Shown: piece after piece, positions 63,701 through 64,000 of the stretch | Position numbering within the stretch: position 1 is the first letter of the stretch | How the letters are laid out: every line of letters begins with the position of its first letter | NCBI RefSeq assembly: GCF_006345805.1 | Contig: NC_043019.1 | Location: 18,289,360 to 18,353,359 of the forward strand | DNA length: 64,000 nt | Source of the DNA: Octopus sinensis | Taxonomy: Eukaryota | Direction of reading: 5' to 3' | The notes under the pieces: model-generated | Seen by the model: the letters and a program-made list of their open reading frames with translations, nothing else | What the model was told of the DNA's origin: nothing | Databases searched by the model: none | Position numbers and translations under genes: made by a program

Positions 63701-63940
63701 GTTAAAAGTATAAACCTCTTGGCATTTAGTATAAAGAAACTTCACTTTCCAACCATAGAAAAATCTGCCTCAACAAATTCCTTCTGACTCATAGAAAAGT
63801 GGACATTAAATGCTGATGCTTCTGTCTCATTCCTCTGACAACCCTTCCAATTTGGTCTCTATTAGAAAAGATAAATACCAAATTTTGTTTTCTTTCAGAT
63901 TAATGAAATTATGATGAGACCAACTAAGCAGGGCTACTGA
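44703..63940 (+). CDS. DHRS11: DHRS11-like classical short-chain dehydrogenase/reductase, paralog b (7 coding exons, 250 aa; canonical N-S-Y-K tetrad)
   Basis: Exons 44703-44834, 47956-48159, 49176-49270, 50169-50298, 61068-61151, 62733-62798 and 63899-63940; same intron positions and phases as paralog a. Motifs: TGASCGIG, INNAG, INSMSGHR, HFYSATK, ISPGLVDTEF. Confidence 0.93.
44881..45016. repeat. Pyrimidine-rich ~33-bp minisatellite (4 units, core cttcatatacac) just 3' of paralog b exon 1
   Basis: Four recurrences of tctctcc(ttcc)ttcatatacac. Confidence 0.8.
46580..47673 (+). mobile_element. Decayed mariner transposon
   Basis: IRAILLFIFKKGCKAAET..INEMFGEE, KWVPHNL, IVTCDEKWI, KKVMVTVWW, ILQDNA, HPAYSPDLSPTDYHFLKHL; 3' end ..ctcagcctga followed by TA; left TIR not found. 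Confidence 0.88.
47956..48159 (+). CDS. DHRS11: DHRS11-like paralog b exon 2
   Basis: atcccag acceptor, gtaagt donor; EISDELKGEAGSLLALKCDL...INNAGLAHAEPLLTGDTNKWREMFN. Confidence 0.93.
48655..48958 (-). mobile_element. tRNA-derived SINE with CORE-like segment (another family)
   Basis: Reverse strand reads ggtagcttagtggtcagggc..taggttcaataccc (A/B boxes), gtgtcctcaagcaagacacttt; related fragments near 1930-2030 and 16020-16110. Confidence 0.65.
49176..49270 (+). CDS. DHRS11: DHRS11-like paralog b exon 3
   Basis: tctgcag acceptor, gtctgc donor; VNVLALSICTRESFKSMTERNVMDGHFIHIN. Confidence 0.92.
50169..50298 (+). CDS. DHRS11: DHRS11-like paralog b exon 4 (active-site exon)
   Basis: aactgtag acceptor, gtaagt donor; SMSGHRVVDLPDLHFYSATKFAVTSLARGLRNELRRLESDIRVT. 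Confidence 0.93.
50825..51122. repeat. 298-bp near-perfect hairpin in paralog b intron 4
   Basis: ~137-bp arms (50825-50961 / 50987-51122) with about 3 mismatches; 25-nt loop. Confidence 0.92.
54626..56349 (+). CDS. Tx1-like ORF1 (gag-like, zinc knuckle), frameshifted in this sequence
   Basis: PRCYGCGEIGHIRMECP followed by a Glu/Lys-rich tract (ORF 55276-56349). The start at 54626 is inferred from upstream coding-like repeats (AEGVTSNET / AEGLTSNEA). Confidence 0.7.
56359..59742 (+). CDS. Tx1-like ORF2 (APE endonuclease, reverse transcriptase, zinc finger), frameshifted in this sequence
   Basis: RVGCLNVRGL, SYIDRILI, YSDHKMV, GPGYWKLNTSLL, KAPGLDGLPYELYK, FRPITLLNAELKILAKVLSNRL, LDQSKAFDRVDH, SAYADDITI, CTRCGRERETVSH. 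Confidence 0.88.
61068..61151 (+). CDS. DHRS11: DHRS11-like paralog b exon 5
   Basis: Long polypyrimidine tract with ttcttag acceptor, gtgtgt donor; SISPGLVDTEFASRLFPDRKEVPKRDFK. Confidence 0.9.
62148..62218. repeat. Compound (ACT)n/(AAT)n microsatellite forming a SINE tail
   Basis: Direct inspection. Confidence 0.85.
62212..62357 (-). mobile_element. tRNA-derived SINE with (AAT)n tail (family C)
   Basis: Reverse strand ggcggtcagctggcagaattgttagc (A-box), gttcaaattcc (B-box), ctttgcctttcatccttttggggtcgatgaaataagtaccagtt; related copies at about 11190-11310, 16440-16625 and 29095-29290. Confidence 0.75.
62733..62798 (+). CDS. DHRS11: DHRS11-like paralog b exon 6
   Basis: tttttcag acceptor, gtgggt donor; ILESGDVADAVLFALQVPKHCE. 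Confidence 0.9.
63899..63940 (+). CDS. DHRS11: DHRS11-like paralog b exon 7 (terminal)
   Basis: ttttctttcag acceptor; INEIMMRPTKQGY then TGA. Confidence 0.88.
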   Translation: MNEIMMRPTKQGY

Positions 63941-64000
63941 AAAACTGACAAAGCAAAACGAACAGATCGTCCATTTTCCACTTGACAAGGACACAAGAGA

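Overview
Eukaryotic, AT-rich, microsatellite- and retroelement-dense genomic DNA. The repeat landscape suggests an octopod cephalopod (inference, not verified). Three spliced host genes lie on the + strand: the 3' four coding exons of BTF3/NAC-beta (2524-7515) and two complete tandem 7-exon DHRS11-like short-chain dehydrogenase paralogs (copy a 17464-29009, 261 aa; copy b 44703-63940, 250 aa). All exons were reconstructed by hand with GT-AG junctions and consistent phases. Copy a has an intact frame, but its catalytic YxxxK tyrosine is replaced by Phe (HFFSATK vs HFYSATK in copy b). The paralogs are only about 71-79% identical in exons 1 and 4, yet share a 261-bp tract around exon 2 with a single mismatch, suggesting recent gene conversion or a polishing artefact. 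Introns and intergenic DNA hold Penelope-like elements (two with inverted terminal copies), a full-length L1/Tx1 LINE with a 17-bp TSD nested in one arm of a ~1.5-kb Penelope palindrome, RTE and CR1 LINE fragments, two mariner relics, a piggyBac-type MITE, several fold-back hairpins, two solo-LTR-like copies, tRNA-derived SINEs and microsatellites. No rRNA, bona fide tRNA gene or CRISPR array was found. Most short ORFs in the supplied track are repeat-derived noise.
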